Source: the human T2T-CHM13v2.0 reference genome, Homo sapiens
Assembly: GCF_009914755.1 (NCBI RefSeq)
Contig: NC_060927.1
Strand: one strand, 5' to 3'
DNA length: 64,000 bases
The position numbers were made by a program, and so were the translations under genes. The notes beneath the pieces are model-generated. The model was not told where the DNA came from, did not search any database, and was given only the letters and a program-made list of their open reading frames with translations. Shown piece after piece: positions 60,057 through 64,000 of this stretch. Position 1 is the first letter of the stretch. The number at the start of each line of letters is the position of its first letter.

Positions 60057-61469
60057 GTAAGTGGGCCAAGGAAAGACCTGGTGTCCTTGTGCTAATTTTA
60101 ACTCTCTACTGTCAAATTCCAGTATTATGGATCTTAGTTTCCAGGGGATTCCCATCTCACAGCATATGAGTTTTGAGGCCTGAAATGTCTTCTGACTCCC
60201 AAGGATCATCAGATACTGAATCACAGCAGGTGCAATAGACACTGTAGTGCCCCACGGAAATATCTCTTACCAGGCTGCTGCAGTAAATGTTGACTGTTAA
60301 CATCTGCAGCCGCCCCTTTTCAGCTGCCCCACTGCTCCAGAGACCTGCCCTTACCCACACTGAGGACACCTGGCCCAGAAGGTTAGGCCCTGCCCCCCAA
60401 CGCTCAGCCAGTGACTAAGAGGGGGCTTTAAAATTAAAAGCCCAGCCCTTTTGCTTCAACATGGAGCTAGCTCCATGCTATAGAGCTCTCCATAGGACCA
60501 GGCTGTAGCCAGATTCCAGAGACCACATCCTCGCTTAGTGCCTTCCTCTGCCCTGTCCTGCTTTCCTCACTCCCCCTTTTCCTGAGAGTACTCCTTAATG
60601 ATTTGCGAGTTCCAGGATCCCTAACTCAGGCTCTGCTTCTGGAGAACCCAACCTGAGACATCTAGTAAGCTCTCAGACTCACTGGGATTTGCAAGCTCGT
60701 CTCTTTCATTATTAATTATTTATTAAAATATTAAAATAATAAAATGTATTAATAATGAAGCAATCCACCCTCTGATCTCTGGAATGGATTGAAGTTCTAT
60801 TTGGGTATTAAACATCTTTTCTTAGATGTCCCCTCCAGGAGGTCATTTGCATTGTTCTAACTACAGCTTCGTTGGTGCAAATCAAAGGTTGGTCCATGTA
60901 ATCCTTGTGCAGCTGAGATGGCCTGGAGTCAATGAGGCGCATGATAGGATGTAGGTCCGTGCAAGCATGTATAAGAAAAGGATCTGAGGATCTTAGGGGA
61001 GGAAAATCAAGAGTAATAGAGTCAGAAGGGCTCAGCTCCTCCATTTATCCCTTGGGTAAAGAGGCAAATCCCTGAACCACAGTTTCCTCTTCTGCAAAAT
61101 GGGTATGATAGTCACAGTCCAGCCCACTTCTCAGTGTTTCTAGGGGGATCCAATGTGTGGATGCACATGAGCATGCTCTTCTGACTCTTAGCATTATTTT
61201 GAGAACTTGCTATGTTCCTAGAACTGTACCAAGTGCTTTGGAGACATAAAACTAATGAGATATGGTCCCTGCCTCCAAAGAGTTAATGTGGCTTCGGTGG
61301 AGGAGCTGATACAAATGTGAGGGAGGGGCAGATGGGAGAGAGCACCCCTGCTGTGGGAGTCAGGAGGTAGACTTCGTGGTGGGTGCTCTCCTCACTCACT
61401 AGCTATGTGAATGAACAGCTTTCATTTTCTCACTTGTAAAGTGAGGATCTATTTTGGCTATCATATCTA

Positions 61470-61950
61470 GTTACTGTCTTAGTAGCTTAAGACAACAGTG
61501 AATCACTTGTTCTCTCATTCTGTGATTTAGGCAGAATTCAGCAGGGATAACTCTTCTCTGTATCATGTGGCCTCTGCTGGGGCTGGAACACCCAAAAATG
61601 GCTTCTTCATTTAGCTTCTCTGGTGACTCAATTGTGCATCTCTTTTTCTCTCTCCCTGTGACCACTCCGTGTAGCTAGCTTAGACCTCCTCATATCATGA
61701 CAGCCTGACATAGTCAAACTTCTGATATAGCACCTGAGTGAGCACAGAAGCTACCAGGCCTCTTAACACCTGGGCTCGAAAGTCTCTGGACATCACTTAT
61801 ACCACATTCTAGTGGTCAAAGCAGTCACAAGACTATCCTAGATTCAACAGGGAGAGAAATAAATTCAACTTCTTGATGAGACAATGGCAAGGTCACATTG
61901 AGAAAGCGATTGTGGAGTGGAGATAATTGTTGTAGCTGCCAATGCAAGTG
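61470..61950 (-). mobile_element. Old MLT1-type LTR
   Basis: ccacattctagtggtcaaagcagtcacaag..agattcaa. Confidence 0.7.
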
Positions 61951-64000
61951 TGAGCCACTTTAGGATCGTAATAGAATTTACCTCATAACGTCATTGAGAT
62001 GATTAATTTGATAATGTATGTCAAGCCCTTAGCACAGTGCCTGGCAGTTAGTGAGCAGTCAATAAATGCCATCTATTATTAATTATCATATAAAATTGCT
62101 ATAATAGCTACTAGTACAGTAACTCCAAGTTGGCATCACCAGCCACCTGGTCACCTCACTTAAACCCAGGGTCCTAACCATTGGGGAAAAAAATGGAAAA
62201 ATAATTTACACTCTCAACCAGAAAACTTCAGAGTAGTGCCATTCTGTCTATGCCCATAGCCCAGAACAGGCTGCCTCTGTTCCCTGCTGGTTCTAGTAGA
62301 TTATCGTTCTGGTCACGGGGCCTTGCAGCCAAGGTGAGGAGCACAGATTGGGACAAAATAGGTAACAAACTCTCATACAGTTTTCAGATACAGGAAGTTC
62401 ATCCAGCCATTCCTGTTATTCTGTCAGAGCGATCTGTGCACACACAAGGCCCCCGCAGCTTATATAAGCTTCAGACAGCCAAGCTGGCGAGACTTTCGGC
62501 CCCCTTTGCCAATAAGGCACTATTTGCATTGGAAGCTAGGCACAAATAATGGTGCTTGAGACCTGCTGAACTCTGTGTCCAGTCAACTCAAATCAGGAAT
62601 GGAATTCAAGGCCAGAAGTCACAGAAGGTCACTATTTTACTTTCTGGAGGATTTTGCAATCCCAGAAAGTCCCTTCAAATCTCCAGAGACCTGCAGAATA
62701 AGTGTGCTTCTGTGATCTCAGCTTGTTTGCTGGTGCTGTCTGCGTGGCTGACTGAGCCAGTGTACTTGCCTGCAACAGTAGCCTGATCATAGTCACTCCA
62801 GCTCAAGCATCTCTGGGAGAACCAGGCATCCTCTCTTTCTGCCATAATGTCAGGGACTTAGGTGGGGAAGCTGGATTCGGACTTTAAGGGTGAGATGGAA
62901 GACACATATAACCTTTGGCTGGGGTTCCAATGAATGCCCTGTTGGCAGTGGGTCCTAAGTCACCATGGAAAAACCTCAGGCCACATGAAGAACTCACCTA
63001 GAAGATGGAGCAAAAACTATAGACAGATGATCCAACCGTGATTCTGTGAAGCGTGTTCCCAAATCACAGATGTTACAAATCCAATGTCAACAACAACTAG
63101 TCACAAGTTAAGTACTTTCATGCATAAACAAAGAGAGAAAACCCAGGGAGGTTGGAACAAATGATGCTCAAAGTCAAGGTGGCCATTTCTGCATCCTCAC
63201 TGCTATAGAAAGGTTTCCAGATTCTATTAGTTAAATAATAACCCTAGACCAGATACTGATCTAGATTTATTTTCTAGTGATCACGTTTTGCCTCTTATAA
63301 ATATGCCTCAGACAGATGAGAATCTGACTCAACATTCTCATATCCTATGGAATTAAGAAGATTTAAATAAGGTAATATGGTGATCCATGCTAACAGCAGT
63401 CATGATTCAAGATGGTGTCGTGACAGAATTTTCTGTTTCATCCACAGTGGTCATAAGGGTGTAAAAAGTCTCCTCCTGGAGGACAGGGTACAGAAACTTG
63501 TTGCATCAAAATTTAATTCAATCCAATTTAGAAAGATATTTGTTTTTTGTGTGTTATATTAAAAAGCCAGATGCTAAAGTATAGGTGAACCATAGTTAAA
63601 ACTATTGGAAAATGTTGAACACAGATACAGTTTTTTAAAGGGGTTTATTGATTAGCTCTGTAGTTTTCAGGACATGGTGCATGGGAAGATGAGAAGAAAG
63701 AAGTTTCCAGTCTAATGGGGAGACATAGATAGTGCAATAAGTGTAACCATAATACAAGTGCTATCATCCAGGGCAATCTACACATACCAAGAACCTATTC
63801 TGTGCCAGGCCCTGACTTGTGTGCTGGGACTACAGAGACTTGGTTCCTTCCAAGTCTCACCATCTGGTGGAAAAGACGTGCCCATAAGCAAGCTTAGCCC
63901 ACTGTGATAAGTTCAAGAGCATGCATGAGCTTGGGGAGCCATGGAAATACAGAGGGTCTCCTAACCCAGCTTGGTGATGGTAGCGGCAGAGGAGTTTCAA

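Overview
Primate (human-like) genomic DNA lying inside BFSP2 (phakinin/CP49, lens beaded-filament protein), + strand. It covers most of intron 1, coding exons 2-5 (83, 157, 162, 132 nt, all AG/GT-bounded) and part of intron 5; exons 1, 6 and 7 are outside the window. The rest is mostly repeats (Alu, L1, L2, MIR, MaLR/ERV LTRs, MER5/Tigger/mariner). Most notable: (1) a head-to-head L1PA-HERV-H chimera inside an HSMAR2 transposon, shaped like one L1-mediated twin-priming insertion rather than a provirus; (2) an AFF4 retrocopy that seems to record an LTR-started, intronically polyadenylated short isoform and keeps a 92-aa ORF over the P-TEFb-binding region; (3) a ~4.3-kb minisatellite that reads as 5' splice-site and G4 motifs on the - strand and as branch point plus pyrimidine tract on the + strand; (4) a probable gene-conversion tract between two L1 copies. 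Family names and reference proteins are recalled from memory, not from a database search; repeat boundaries are approximate.
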